64,000 nt of DNA from assembly GCF_009914755.1 (NCBI RefSeq), contig NC_060928.1. One strand, 5' to 3'. The translations under genes and the position numbers were made by a program. The notes below the pieces were generated by a model. It saw only the letters and a list, made by a program, of their open reading frames with translations. It did not search any database and was not told the origin of the DNA. The DNA comes from the human T2T-CHM13v2.0 reference genome, Homo sapiens. Positions 14,101 through 30,357 of the stretch are shown here, one piece after another (position 1 is the stretch's first letter; the number at the start of each line of letters is the position of its first letter).

Positions 14101-15053
14101 AAATACAACAGAAATGGACAGAACCAAAAGTAGAAGTAAACTAATCTACAGTTACAGTTTACAATTTCAAAACAACTTTCTGGAATAGATGGAGAAAGCA
14201 AACATAAGGATAACCTATAACAACACTGTCAACCAATTCCACCCAATGACTGCAGAATAGAAATTATTTTATCAAGTGAAAATAAAATATTCACAAAAAT
14301 AGATTATTACTTGGGCAATTAAAAAAACTCAATAAATTGGAAAGAGCTGAAATAATCATGTATATATTTTCTGGTCATAACAGAATAACATTAGAAATCA
14401 CTAACAAAAAAGTCTGAAAAATCACCCCCCCCAACTGGAAGTCAAGTAATGTCTTTAAATAAAGCCCATAAGCCAGAGAAGAAATCTCAAAGACAACTAG
14501 AAAACATTGGGAAATAAATAAAAATAAAAGAATGCCCATCAAAATTAGTGAGATGTACTTAAATAAGTGCTCCAGAAGAAATTATGGCTCTCATACTTCA
14601 TGAAAGAGAAGCAAAAAGGTCTAAAAGTGATGATATAATATTTACTTTAAGCAGCAATAAAAGTAGAGCACATTAAAAAAAGGTCAATAAAAGAAAGGAA
14701 ATAATAACCAAATAGAGGGTATTGGTAAACTGGAAAAAACAATAATGCAGAAAATTAGTACAACCAGAAGCTGATTCTTTGAAAAGATAAATAAATCAAA
14801 AGAAAAGTAAAAATACTCTGTTACCAATAACAAAGATAAGAGGAAACATTACTATATATTTAACAAATGCAAAAATAATTTTAAAAATTATGATCAATTT
14901 TATGTCATTAAAATTGAAAAATTAGATAAAATATTTAAATTTCTTTAAAAATGTATATTAAGAAAAGTGAAACACGAAAACAAAGTGTGAGTAGCCCTAA
15001 TTTTAATACCGCAATTAAATTAATAATTTAAAACTTTCCAACAGATAGGACAA
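11150..15053 (+). mobile_element. Ancient L1M (L1MC/MD-like): 5'UTR, ORF1 and ORF2 endonuclease region, degraded
   Basis: ttccagctttctgcctggaggcaat 5'UTR motif; ORF1-like gatccaagaagcccatcaaatccca; ORF2 start ttaaatgtaaatggtataaacacaccaatt; interrupted at about 13305-14030. Confidence 0.75.
13305..14030 (+). mobile_element. 5'-truncated L1PA (about PA8-PA13) 3' end inserted in the old L1
   Basis: ORF2 C-terminal peptide CMFIAALFTIAKTWNQPKCP; 3'UTR atagctaatgcatgtggggctta...tcccagaacttaaaataaaa. Confidence 0.9.
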
Positions 15054-16713
15054 CAGACTTCCAGTTTTAAAACAGCAGTGTAGAAGGAAGCTAGCTTCAC
15101 TCCCCTTGCCAAAACAAAAACAAATATACAGCACCAGGATTTTCACCAGCAAGTGAACAAACTCTGAGCAGATGGTAGGATAGTTGGACTTCCACATTCA
15201 CAATGTCCCTCCCTGCAACTCTGCTTGGCAACAAGTGCATGGTAATCTTCCCCCAACTTATGGTTTCTATACTAGAGAAAATGAGATTGAGGTGGTCAAC
15301 CAGCTTCTGTGCCATCGTGGGTGCCCTTACAGGAGACCTGTCCCTGCCTTACCTCATGGGAAAATTCATGACTGTCTGAAAGGAAAAATATTTCTGAGGA
15401 CAGTTAGAGAAAAATAGAGGAAGTGGGACTACCATCCCCAGGCTTGGAAACAATGCTCTATAACTTAGTCAAAGAAGATGACAAATCAGAGTGGCTGTTT
15501 GGCAGCACCACATTGTAGGAGTTCCATTTCACAGGGCCATTGGGCATAAACACCTATCCAGCCTTACCATGCTGCTGGGATAATCTGTATGGGACCTATC
15601 CCATTTGAAACAGGTAGCAGTCCTATCTAAGGAATCACCTAGAACCAAAAAGGAGATAGTGACCAAGCAATAAAGATTTCCCAAGCAAACATATCCAATG
15701 AAAACCAAAACAAGCTAATAATAGAAAACTAGAATAAATTACTAATCATCCAAAGCAAAGATATAGATGTATACCCACGAGAAACAAACAAACAAACAAA
15801 AAAACAACACAGAACCATGACCTCAACAAAAGGATAAGCAAAGATCCAGTGACAGACCCAAATGAGGCAATAAATTGTAAGTTCTCTGAAAAAGAATTCA
15901 AAATAGCAGATTTAAGAAGACTCAGTGATCTCCAAGATAACACAGTAAAGCAATTCAGAAATTTTTCAGAGAAATTTGACAAAAATTGAAATAATAATTT
16001 TAAAAATCTAACAGAAATCATAGAACTAAAAAAGACATTTGTTGCACTGAAGAACTCATTAGAGGCTCTCAACAGTAGAGTGGACAAGGAGAGAAAAATA
16101 CCAGTGAGCTTGAAGACTAGCTATGTGAAAATACACAGTCAGAGGAGAAAAATGAAAAATAAAAAAAAGGAAAGGAATGAAAACCACCTACAAGATATAG
16201 AAAATTACCTCAAATTAACAAATCTAAGAGTTATTGGTGTTGAGAGGGAGCTGAAAATGTGCAAAAAGTACAAAGTTTATTCGAAGAAATCACAACAAAA
16301 AACTATCCAAAAATTGAGAAAGATGTAAATATCCAGATACCGGCAGTCCTAAGAACACTAAGCATATTCAACCCAAAAAGACTACCCCAAGGTATATAAT
16401 AATCAAACTCTCAAATTTCAAGGACAAAGAGAGGGTTCTAAAAGCAGCAAGAGAAAAGAAGCCAATAAAATTAAATGAGCTCCAATTTTTCTGGAGACTT
16501 CTCAACAGAAACCATACAGGTCAGAAAGGAGTGGAACATTTACGTAGTAGACAAAGAAAAAGAAGCACCATCCAAGAATACTATGTATCCAGCAAAATTA
16601 TTTTTCAAATATAAATGAGCGATAAAACCTTTCACAAATAATCAAAAGCTGAGATAATTCACCACCATCATTCCCATCTTATAAGAAATAATAGAGGGAG
16701 CTCTGAAATCTGA

Positions 16714-16744
<31 letters not shown>

Positions 16745-16764
16745 ATGCAAAAAGAAAACTTTTT

Positions 16765-17103
<339 letters not shown>

Positions 17104-17339
17104 TCAAGGTATAAAATCCACAGGTAAAATTAAGCACTCAGACAAACCCAGAATATCCTACTACTGTAATTGTGGTGTGCAATCCACTCATAATTCTAGG
17201 ATGAAGCCCATATGCAAATCTATCAAAAACAATAATAGCTATAGCAACAACTAAAGAGATAGGTAATATAAAAATATGTAAATTGAGACAAGCAAAAGTC
17301 AAAATGTGGAGGATATAAAGTTAACATGTAGAATTTATT

Positions 17340-17340
<1 letters not shown>

Positions 17341-17400
<60 letters not shown>
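17341..17400 (+). repeat. Compound (CT)10(GT)20 microsatellite in the L1 inter-ORF region
   Basis: Read directly. Confidence 0.95.
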
Positions 17401-17404
<4 letters not shown>

Positions 17405-19689
17405 CCTGGTTTCTTTCTATTTTTCTATTTGTGATCTAAGATAAGTTGTCATCTCTTTAAAATAACTTGCTATATCTATAGAATTATTTTTGTAACCCTT
17501 GTGGTAAGCACGGCACAAAAACTTATAATGGATTCACTAAAAATAAAAAGCAACAAATTAAACTGTCCTACAAGAAAAAAATCACTTATCCATAAAGGAA
17601 GAGAGTAAGAAGGAAGAAAAGGAGAGTCTCATAATAGCCAGAAAACAGGTAACAAAACGGCAGGAGTAAGTACTCACTCTATCAATAACACTTATTAATA
17701 ACTCTGAATGTAAATAGTCTCAATTCTCCAATTAAAAGGCATATAGTGGCTGAACGAATTTAAAAAACCAGGACCCAACTGTATGTTTCATTCAGGAAAC
17801 ACACTTTACCTATAAAGATGCATATAGGCTGAAATTAAAGGAGTAATAAAAGATATTCCATAAAACTGGAAACCAATAAAGAGCAGAAGTAGTTACACTA
17901 ATATCAGATAAAACAGACTATAAATCTGTTTATAAAAAGAGGAGAATAAGTTCATTACATAATCATAAAAGGGTTAGTTCAACAACAGAATATAACAGTC
18001 ATAAATATGTGTGCACTCAACACCAAAGGTCACAAGTATGTAAAGTAAACATGAACAGATCTAAAGGGAGAAACAGAATGCAAAACAATAATAGTAGGCA
18101 ACTTTAACACCACACTCTCAGTAATGGACAAGTCATCTAGACAGAAAATAAAATGAAAAACAATGGGATAAAACCACATATTAGATAAAATAGACCTAAC
18201 TGGCATTTACATAACATTTCATCCAACTGCTGCAGAATATTAATTATTTTCATCACTACATGGATCAACCTCCAGAATACACCACATCTTAGGCAAAAAT
18301 ACAAGTCTGAACAAATAAAAAAAAGGCAGAAATCATGTCAACTATCTTTTCTGACCACAATGGAATAAAACTAGAAATCAATAATAAGAGGAACTCAGGA
18401 AATAGACAAACACATAAAATTTAAACAACATACTTCTGAAGAACCAGTGAGTCAATTGAGAAGTTAAGAAGTACATTTAAACATTTCTTGAAACAAATGA
18501 AAAGGAATATAACATACCAAAATATATGGGATATGGCAAAAACAGTAAGAAGAGAGATTATAGCAAGAAACACCTATATCAAAAAAGTTGAAAGACTTCA
18601 AATAAACAACCTAATAATGCACCTCAAGGAAAAAAAAACCCAATTAGTAGAAGGAAAGAAGTAATACATATTCTTTAGAGCAGAAATAAATGAAATTGAG
18701 ACCAAAAAGTACAAACACCAAATGAAACATAAACACGGTGTTTGGAAAAAATTAAAAAATTGGTGAGCCTTCAGCTAGACTAAGAATAAAGGATAGAAGA
18801 CCCAAATAAATAATATCAAAAACATAAAAGAATATGTAAAAACTGAGACCTCAGTAATACAAAGAATCATTAGATACTATTATGAGCAACTACACACCAA
18901 TAACTTAGAAAACCTAAAATAAATTCCTGTACACATACAACTACGAAGATTGAACCCTGAAAAAAGAGAAAACCTCAAAAAATCAATTAAGAAATAATCA
19001 AATTGAGCCATAATAACAAGTCTCTCATTAAATAAAAGTCCAGGACCTGATAACTTCCCTGCTGAATTTTACCAAGCATTTAAAAAAGTAATGCAAATTC
19101 TACTCAAACTCTTTTAAAAATTAAAGAGGAGGAAATACTTCTAAGCTCGTCTCACAAGGACAACATTACCCTGACACCAAAAGCAGATGAAGATACAATA
19201 AAGAAATAAAACTAAGGGTCAATATCATTGATTAACCTAGATGCAAAGTTCTCAACAAAATACTACCAAACTGAAATCAACAACATGTTAAAAAATCATT
19301 CACCATGATCAAGTGGGATTCATCCAGAAATGCAAGGATGGTTTAACTTATACAAATCCATAAACATGATACATCACATTAACAGAATCAAGAAAAATCT
19401 AACCATGTGATTATTGCAATAGATGCTGAAAAGCATTTGACAAAATTCAACATCCCTTAATGGTAAAGAAAAAAAAAGCCCTCATTCAATGGGTACAGAA
19501 GGAATATATCTCAAAATAAAAAAGTCCATATATAACAGCTACCATCATACTGAATGGAGAAAAACTGAAAGACTTCCTTTTAAGGTTTGGAAAAATACAA
19601 GGATGCCTACCTTTACCACTTCTAGTCAACAAATATTGAAAGTACTGGACAGAGCAATTAGGCAAGAGAAAAAGATAATGAACATCTGA

Positions 19690-20105
<416 letters not shown>

Positions 20106-23100
20106 AAAAACTCTTAAAACTAATAAACAAATTCAGTAAAGTTGCAGTATACAAAATAAACAATAAAATCAGAAACATTTCTATATTGCAGTGGCAATCA
20201 ATCAGGAAAAGATACATATATCCCATTTATATTACCTACAGACAAAATAAAATACCTAGAAATAAACTTAAAGAAATGAAAGACCTATACAAGGTAAATT
20301 ATAAAACATTAATGAAAGAAACTTAAGACACAAAAATATGAAAAGATATTTCATGCTCATGATTTAGAAGAATTAATATTTTTAAAATGATAATACTACC
20401 CAAAGCAATCTACAGATTAAATGCAATCCCCATCAGAATACCAATGTTATCATTCACAGAAATAGAAAAAAAATCCTAAAATTTATATCAAGCACAAAAG
20501 ACACCAAATAGCCAAAGCAATCCAGAGCAAAAATAACAAACTTGGAAACATCATAGTATCTGCCTTCAAAATTTACTACAAAGCTGTAGTAACCACAGCA
20601 TGATACTGGCATAAAAACAGACACATAGACCAATAGAACAGAATGGAAAACCCAGATATAAATCCACAAATTTACAGCCAACTCATTTTTAACAAAGTTG
20701 CCAAAAATATGCAATGGTGAAAGCAAAGTCTCTTCAATAAATGATGCTAATAAAAACCTGGATAATGACATTCAGGAAAATAAAACTAGACCCCTATTCT
20801 CGAACCACGCCCCAAATTCAAATAAAAATGGATGGAAGATTTAAATCTAAAACCTGAAACTATGAAGCTACTAGAAAAAAAAATCTTTGGGAACAGACTC
20901 CTGGACATTGGTGTGGGCAAAGATATTTTGTGTAAGACCTCGAAAGCACAGGCAATAGAACCAAAAATTGACAAATGAGATCATATCAAGCTAAAAAGCT
21001 TCTGCACAGCAAAGGATACAATCAACAAACTGAAGAGACAACCCGCAGATGTTAAGAAAATGTTTGCAAACTGTATACCTGACAAGTTGTTAATAACCAT
21101 AATATATGAAAAGCTCAGACAACTCAACAGACAAAAAAGTAACTCAATTAAAAACTGGGCAAAAGATCTGAACACACATTTCTGCAAAAGAAACATATAC
21201 ATGGCCAATAGGTATATTTAAAAAAGCTCAACATCAATAACCATCAGAGAAACACAAGTGAGAACGAAAATGAGATACAAATATCATCTCATCCCAGTTA
21301 CAATGGCTTATATCAAAGAAACAGTTAATAACAGATGCTGGCAAGATGTGGGGAATGGAAAACACTTATACACTGTTGGTGAGAATGTAAATTAGTACAG
21401 CTATTACAGAGTCAGTATGAAGGTTCCCCCAAAAAACTAAGAATAGCACCTTCAATAGGAATCAAAAAGTCATGTGAGGTATCACAGTACCTGGTTTGAA
21501 CATAATATCGAGGAAAGAGGTATTGAAGAGAGTAGGTAAGACACTCTTGCATTGCCTACACCTCACCTACCCTAACTCCAGGCAGCACAGATGGGGAGGA
21601 AATGTGTTTTGTGGGGAGGGAGAGCAAAGTGAGTGTGGAGCACTATATTGGAACTCACTTCTGCCTTGTCACAGCAGAACACAGCACAGGGCAGAATTCT
21701 GAGAGTGCTCACGGAGGGAGCACATCTAGACCAGCCCTGGGCCAGAGGGAAATTTCTTACACCAGCAGGAAAAACCTCAGTCGTAGCTAGCTTCACCACT
21801 AGCTGACGAAATTGGCCTGGGTCCCAGAATAAATTTAAGTGGCAGTCAGGACACAAGGATCACAGTCCTAGGGCAAGTCCTGTTGCTGCACTGGTTTTGT
21901 AGGCAGGGAACTTGGGGTGCAACACCAACTGTGGTGTCCAAATGAATGCCAGTGTCACCCCTCCTACAACTCCAGGCACTGTAGCCTCAGTAAAGATTCC
22001 TTCTGCTTGACAGAAGGTGAGTACAGAAGACTGTATCTTGCAACTTGGGTGCCACCTGAGCCTAAGTAAAATGAAGCATCAGGAAGATTCCTGAAACCCC
22101 AGATTCCAGGTCTTTGCTCCTGGATGGTGCTTATAGATCTACCTTTGGTCAGAAGGGATTCCATTGCCTTGATAAGAAGGACCCAGCTGAATTAACCAAC
22201 TGCTGACTAAAGTGGTCTTGGGCTTTGAGTAAATAGCAGCAGCAGCAGCAGCCAGGCAATTGTGGCCACAGGCTTTGGGTGAGTCCCAGTATTTTGCTGC
22301 TCTGTAAAAATTTGGATGTGACCCTGAACAGTGCCAGCTATGGTGGATATGAGAGTGTCCACATCACCCCTTTCCCCAATTTCAGGTAGCCCAGGGCCAA
22401 GAGAGACTCCTTTTGATTGGGGAAAAGAAAGTGAGAGACTTTGCCTGGTGACCCAGGGAATTCTCCCTTATCTTACCCAAGTTCACCAAGGCAGTGTCTA
22501 TAGGAGGCGACAGGATTTGCACCATTCCTGAGCTTATGGAGCCCCCTAGTGCGAAACAGTTGCCGTGACCACAGGCTTTGGTCACAATACTCACTCCCCT
22601 TGGAATTTGTAAAAAGCCCTCTCAAGGGTGCATATAAACAAGCCCAGACTGTGAAGATTAGTTTAAATATATAAGTCTTCCATGCCCAGACATCAGTGAA
22701 TGCCCTCAAGCACCAAGAACACTCAGGAAAACATGACCTCACCAAACACACAAAAGAAGGCACTAGCAACCAATACTGAAGTGATGGAGATATGTGATCT
22801 TTCAGACAGGGGATTCAAAATTGTTGTATTGAGGAAGTTCAATAAATTTCAAGATAACACAAAGAAGGAATTAAAAATTCTATCACAAAAATTTAACAAA
22901 GTGATTGAAATCATTAAAAAACTCAAGCAGGCATTCTGGAGCTTAGAAATACAATTGAGAAACATAAAAATGCATCAGAGTTGCTCAACTGCAGCACTGA
23001 TCAAGCAAGAAAGAATTAATGAGCTCAAAGATAGGTTATATCAATATACACAATTAGAGGAGAAAAAAGAAAAAAGGATAAAAGGAGAATAAAGAATGCC

Positions 23101-23590
23101 TAAAAAAATCTAGAAAATAGCCTCAAAAGGACAAATATAGGCGTTATTGGCCTTAAGGAGGATGGAAAGAGAAAGTTTATTCAAAGAAATAATAACAGAA
23201 AATCTTCAAAAACTTGGGAAAGATATGAGTAGCCAAGTACAAGAAGATTTTAAAAATCCAATAAATTTAACCCAAATAAGACTACCTCAAGGCATGTAAT
23301 AAACTCTCAAAGGTCAAGGATACAGAAAGGATCCTAAAAGCAGCAAGAGAAAAGAAGCAAATAACATATAAAGGAGTTCTGATGTTTCTAGCAGCAGCAA
23401 CTGTGCAGGTCACAAGGAAGTGAGATGACAAAGTCAAAGTGCTGATGGAAAAAAAAATCTTTCAACCTAGAATATTACATTAATCAAAGTTATCCTTCAA
23501 ACACAAACTAGAAATAAAGACTTTCCTATACAAACAAAAGCTGAGGAATTTCTCAACACCAGACTTGCCTTAAAAGACATGCTAAAGGGA

Positions 23591-23934
<344 letters not shown>

Positions 23935-25810
23935 TCAAAAAAATGAGGACAGGGTGGAATAAAAAAGTGTAGAGGTTTTTAGTTTTCTCTTTGTTTGCTT
24001 TTTTCCCTTTCTTTGTAATTAGAGTTAAGCTGTTATCGGTTCAAACTAATTTGTATAAAATGTTATTTGCAAGCCTTATGGTAACCATAAAACAAAAACT
24101 TATAATAGATACATAAAAATAGAAAGCAAGAAATAACAACATATTACAGGAGAAAAACACTTTTACATAAAAGAAGACAGGAAGGAAGGAAGAGAGGAAC
24201 ACCCAAACAACCACAAAACAGATAACAGAATGGCAGTAGAAAGTCTTTACCTATCAGTGATAACAATGAATGTAAATGGACAAAATTATTCAAAAGACAT
24301 AGAGTGGTGGAATCAATAAAAAACAAGACTCAAATATATGATGCTTACAAGAAACTCACTTCACCTATAAAAACACATATAGATTGAAATTAAAAGAATG
24401 GAAAAATATATTCCATGGACATGTAAACTAAAAAGAGCAGGAGTAGCTATAATTACATCAGACAAAACATATTTCAAGAAAAAAACTGAAAATGGTCATT
24501 ATATAATGATAAAGGGATTGATACAGCAAGTTAATATAACAATTATAAATATACATGTATCCAATGCTGGAGCACTCAGATATATAAAGCAAATATTATT
24601 AGAGCTAAAGAGAGAGAGAGATCTCAATACCATAATAGCTTGATACTTCAACACCCATTTTCAGCATTGGACAGACCATCTTGACAGAAAATCAACAAAG
24701 AGACATCAGACTTAAGATTTACTGCAGACCAAATGGACCTAATAGACATGATCTGATTTCAAATTATACTACAAAGCTGTAGTAAACATCAAGGTACTAG
24801 CATAAAAACAGATGCCTCAAACAATGGAACAGAATAGATAATACAGCTATAAATCTATCCATTATGGTTATCTCATTTTTTGACAAAGGTGCCAAGGACA
24901 TACGATGGGTAAAGCACAGTATCTCCAATAAATAGTGCTAGAAAAACTGGATATCCATATGCAGAAAAATGAAACTAGACCCTTATCTCTCACCATGTAT
25001 AAAAATCAAGTAAAAATGGATTAAGGACTTACAACTAAAAATTGTAACTATAAAACTACCAGAAGAAAACACTAGGGTAACACTCCAGGACATTGATGTG
25101 GGCAAACATTTGTTGAGTAACACCTTAAAAACACAGCCAACTAAATCAGAAATAGACAAATGAGATCACATCAAGCTAAAAAAGCTTCTGCACAGCAAAT
25201 AAAGCAATTAACAAACTGAAAAGACAGCATACAGAATGTGAGAAAGTGTTTGTAAACTTCCAATCTAACAAGGGATTAACATCCAGAATAGATAAGGATC
25301 TCAAACAACTCAATAGCAAAACAAACAATACAAATAATCTTACTTAAAAATGGACAAAAGATCTGAAAAGATATTTCTGCAAAGAAGACACACAAATGGC
25401 CAATAGTATATGAAAAAAAAAATGCCCAGCATCACTAATTATCAGAGAAATGCATGACAGTGAGATATTATTTCATCCCAGTTAAAATGGCTTATATCCG
25501 AAAGACAAGCAATAACAAATGCGGAGAAAGAGGAGCCCTTTATACGCTGTTGGTAAAAATGTAAGTTACCAACATACAGCAACTATGGAAAACAGTATAA
25601 GTTTCCCCCCAAAAAAAAAAAACTAAAAACAGAACTACCATGTGATCCAACAATCCCACTGCTGGGTCTATGTTCATAAGAAAGGCAATCAATATATCGA
25701 AAATATATTTGCACTCCCATGTATTACAGGAGTACCCACAACAGCTAAGATATGGAATCAACCTCAGTATCCATTAATGGATGAATGGACAAAGAAAATA
25801 TTATACATAT

Positions 25811-26174
25811 TGTATTAGTCTGTTTTCAGACTGCTATAAAGAACTTCCCTGAGACTGGGTAATTTATAAAGTAAAGAGGTTTAATTGACTCAGTTCCATA
25901 TGGCTGGGGAGGCCTCAGGAAACTTACAATTATGGCAGAAAGGGAAGCAGGCACATCTTACATGCAGCAGGCAAGGAGTGTGTGAAGGAAGCGAAGGGGG
26001 AAGAGCCCCTTATAAAGCCATCAGATCTCATGAGAACTCACTATCACAAGAAGAGCATGGGGGAAACTGCCCCCATGATCGATCCAATCATCTCACACTA
26101 GGTCTCTCCCTCAACACTTGGGGATTGCAATACAAGATGAGATTTGGGTGGGGACACAAAACCTAACCATATCA
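25811..26174 (-). mobile_element. THE1D-like MaLR solo LTR inside L1 #2
   Basis: tgtattagtc...ggggacacaaaacctaaccatatca; perfect 5-bp TSD CATAT at 25806-25810 and 26175-26179. Confidence 0.92.
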
Positions 26175-26679
26175 CATATACACAATGGAACATTATTAAG
26201 CCATAAAAAAGAATGCAATAAAATGGATGGAACTGGAGGGCATTTTAAGTGAAATAAGCCAGGAAGAGAAAGACAAATATCACACGTGTTCACTAATATG
26301 TAGGAGCTAAAGAAAAATAACTCATGGAGATAAGGAGTACAATGATGGTAACTAGAGGCTGGGAAGGATGCTGTGGAGGGGAGAATAAAGACAGGATGGT
26401 TAATGGGTACAAAAATACAGTTAGATAGAATGAATAAGATCTAATGCTCAGTAGCACAATAGGGAAACTATAGCTAACAATAATTTATTGTATATTTCAA
26501 AATAAAAGAGCGGAATTGGAATGTTTCAAACACAAAGAAATGATAAATAATTGTGATAGATATCCCATTTACCCTAATTTGATCATTATACATAGTATGC
26601 TTATATCAAAACATCACATGTACCCTATAAATATGTACAATAATTATGTATCCATTATAATTAAAAACTAAAAATTGGA

Positions 26680-28360
26680 AAAAACCCTCATGAACCTAAA
26701 GTCCAAAATATTTCAAATAATTTTAAAAGATGTATCTAACAATACTTGAAAATCATAATACATCATGATAAATGGGTCTTATCCCAAATAAGCAAAATTG
26801 GTTTAACAATTTCAAAAATTAATGTATTCCTTTATACTAAGGACCTTAAAAAAAAGGAGTAAAGATGGGGCACTCTCTCAACTTGATATAGGATATTTAG
26901 GATATTTATGAAAAACATCACACTTAATGATTAACAAACAAACTGAGGGCTTTCCCTGCAACATTAGGAATGTTCAATCACATTATTTCTAGTTAATATT
27001 GAATTAGGGTTCTAGCCAGTTCAATAAGGCAAGAAAGGAAGTAAAAGCTATGCTGAATGTTAAAAGAAAAGCCTACACAAAACAAAATTATCTTTATTCT
27101 AAAAACATAATCAGTTCTATAGAAAAGTCTAATGAACCTCACAGAAAGAAATTACAATTAATTGAATTAAGACAAATTACACAATTGAAAACCAATATGC
27201 AAGATGTCAATTGTATTTATATATTCTGACCACAAACAATAAGAAGCTATAATTTTCCAAAACACCATTTACAATAGCATCTAAACCAAGAATACTTAAA
27301 GATAAATTAAAGTATATGTAAGACCTAGCCACTGAAAACTACAAAATGCTGCTGAAATAAAATGAAGATAAATAAATACATATATTATTGTACGTTTATT
27401 TGAGTATCAATATAATTATGTGAATTCTTCCTAAATATATTTATAGATTCAATGCAGTAACAAGCAAAGTCTTAGTACCCTTTGTATAAAATTTTACACT
27501 CTAATTATAAAGTTTATATGGAAATGCAAAGAACCTAAATTAGCAAAAAAAAAAAAAAAGTTGAAAAAGATCAAAGTTGAGGAACATGCATTATCAGGTT
27601 TCAAGATTTTATAAAAAGCCACAGGAATTAAAACTTTGTGGTGTAGGTATATGGATGGACAAATGGATCAAGAGAAATAAATAAAAAGTTTTGGAATACT
27701 TTCCACACATATGCAGTCAATTGATTTTTCTACAAATGTGCCAGGATAATTCATCAAAAATAATTATATATTTTTTAAACCAAATGATCTGGTAATATCC
27801 GTGTATATATTTGGAAATAAATAAAAATTGAACTTTGCTTCACACGATAAACAAAATTTCACTCAAATTAGAGCAAAGATCAAAATATAAGATTCAAGAC
27901 TATAAAACTTCTAAAAGAAAACATAGGATAAATTTTTTTGGCTAAGTAAATTTTTTTTTGCTAAAAGAAATTCAGATCATACATAAAAATTGATAACTTT
28001 ATTCAAATAACAACTACCATGTCTTTGAAAGACACTGTTAAAGAAATGAAAAGGCAAGTTATGACATGGAAAGACACATTTAACATATATGGCAACATAT
28101 ATATGATTATATCTATATATTTATACCTTAAACTCTGCCTATTTAGACATAGTTATATATTACAAATATGGAAAAGAGCTGTTATCACTCAATAATAGGA
28201 AGACAATCTAATATAAAATTGGCAAATTATTTTAATGAATGTTTCATCAAAGAAGATATATATTTGATAAATAAGCATATCGAAAATGCCCAATATAATA
28301 AATAATCTGGGAAATGCAAATTAAACCATAGATACCACTACATAACCCATTAGTAAAACA
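26680..28360 (+). mobile_element. Ancient L1M ORF2 (RT to C-terminus), likely the continuation of 11150-15053
   Basis: catcatgataaatgggtcttatccc; gttctagccagttcaataaggcaagaaa; gggaaatgcaaattaaacca. Confidence 0.75.
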
Positions 28361-28689
28361 TATTTTAAAAAGTTATATTATTATGTTTGTGTTTATTATA
28401 TTTACATGCTATTGTATAATTGACATAACTTCTTGATAAATTAAACTTTCTGCCTTTTATTGCTACTTTTGCTTATCATAATAATGCAATGGACTCATCA
28501 CAGAATGTGACATGGTGGTTTTCAAGTCAATAATTTTCATATGAAGGGCAAAGTGCTATCAGATGGCACTTAGATTATTTCACAACAATCATCTACTAAG
28601 TTAGTTCCTCTAAGTTTTACCTTTAAAATCCGTAATCCACAAGAGAGGTTACTATATTGGTCCTTCAAAAATTGCCTGTGATTTTGTGA

Positions 28690-29133
28690 AAGTGTTTGTC
28701 TCTTATTTCCTGCTGATCTCTCTTCTATTCTGCTCAGCTCTGTATCCTGGGGCTGATTAACATAGACTACATTTTGGTCTGCTGCCTTTGGCTGGGTTTG
28801 GTAAATGGGAGGCACCAGCAAAGGAATGAAGAGTGCCAGGTGAGTGAGGTTAGGGTATTTGTCTTCCAATTCTCTCTGTTTCTTACATTTCCAACAGTAC
28901 TCACTTTCCTCTTTAGCTATAACACCTGTTGAGTGGGTCTTCAATTGCGCTAGGTCTCTCCAGGTGCACTGTATTTTCTTTGCTGTTCCCTGCAGGATTT
29001 CCACTACCATAATTATTCACTAAGTGTCTCGCTATCCCTTTTTGGTTCACTTAATTCTTTCTTCTTTGAATTATTTTTAGTAAAACCATTTTGAGAATGC
29101 CATCTGTTTTCCACCACAGCCCTAAATGATACA
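28690..29133 (+). mobile_element. LTR33-like ERVL 5' LTR
   Basis: ggtttggtaaatgggaggcaccagca...gagtgaggttagggtattt; terminus ttgagaatgccatctgttttcc...tgataca. Confidence 0.7.
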
Positions 29134-30350
29134 ATAACTGGTATCATGAGTGAGATTCTGGGATGGGTTTGCTCTCTTGTCTGTGAGCAGATGGAAAACC
29201 CCATTGTTGAGGGAAATAGAACACTGCAATCTGTGACAAAGTAGCATCACAATTTTCAATTTCTCACTAGAATGACGTGAAATTAATTACTGATTGAGCA
29301 CAAAGCATTGGGCAATCAATTGTCTTTGACACTTCGTGGATATGGCAAAAATGGTGATTGCAAAGGTTACAGAATGAGGCAAAACTGCTTCTGACAATTC
29401 TGGAGAGTTTACACAAAGATAAATATATACTTAAAACACTGAGCTCCCAATTCATGTCACAGGTGGAGATCCAGAATATCTTAATGGCAGTCTTAAAACA
29501 ATCCCTTATTTGGGATAGTATAGGGCAGACATGGCTGAAGACAAAGCCTGAGGCCTAATTGTAAGGGTGTAGAGTTGCAGTGTTAGTGAAATGTCCAACT
29601 TGACAAACTGTTTACGCTAAGAAAAGCTGTCGGGAAAGAGTAGAACCATGAGATTACGGCAAAAACAGGCAAAACTGAAATTTTTAATTCAAAAGTCCTC
29701 CCATATTGTTTTTGGCAGTGGAAGCAGTTCATCTCCTTTATTTCAGAGAAGCAATCTTCCTTGCAAAGAACTGTTTTAGTGACTACACTTTGCCTCAAAA
29801 ATAGTATGGTGATTTTACTCAGGATTTAACTTCACCATCTTTTATTGCCTCCAGTTCCTTCATAAGAGTTTACTAGAGAGGAAAGCAAAAAGTCTCTTTC
29901 CAAATAAATAAATCGTATATACTGAGGTATTTGTAGGACTTTTGCCAATTTCATTTGTCTAGAGCTGGCAGTTGAGTTTTGGGAAATGATCTAGTGATGT
30001 TATACCAAGAAAAAGGAATTATGACATTGGACTATCCCTAAGCTCAATATAGGAATGTTAACCAAGGATTCTGGATAAAATATGAGATGAAGCATCTATG
30101 TGTGGCAGAAATATATCCAAATCAAGTTGCTATTGGAGTTTCGCACTCCTTAGTCTAGTCCTAGATCTAAATCAGTTTACAGACCTGCAGAATATTAACT
30201 GAGAAGTCTGCTTACTTTGAAAAAATTGTAGCATGGCAACAAGTCTACAGAGTATATCTTCCCCACACCTTCTCCAGAGGGAGTTTTGGCCACTTATAAT
30301 AAGCTCTGGAAAAGAGTGAAATACCTGGACGTTCTGTACAACATATGATC
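29134..30350 (+). mobile_element. ERVL-class internal sequence (leader and gag relic)
   Basis: tggtatca PBS-like start directly after the LTR; gag-like peptide LLLTILESLHKDKYILKTLSSQF. Confidence 0.6.
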
Positions 30351-30357
30351 CAGGTAG

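Noticed and set aside
28570-29010. 146-aa minus-strand ORF
   Set aside because: It is antisense to the LTR33-like element with no protein-like signature.
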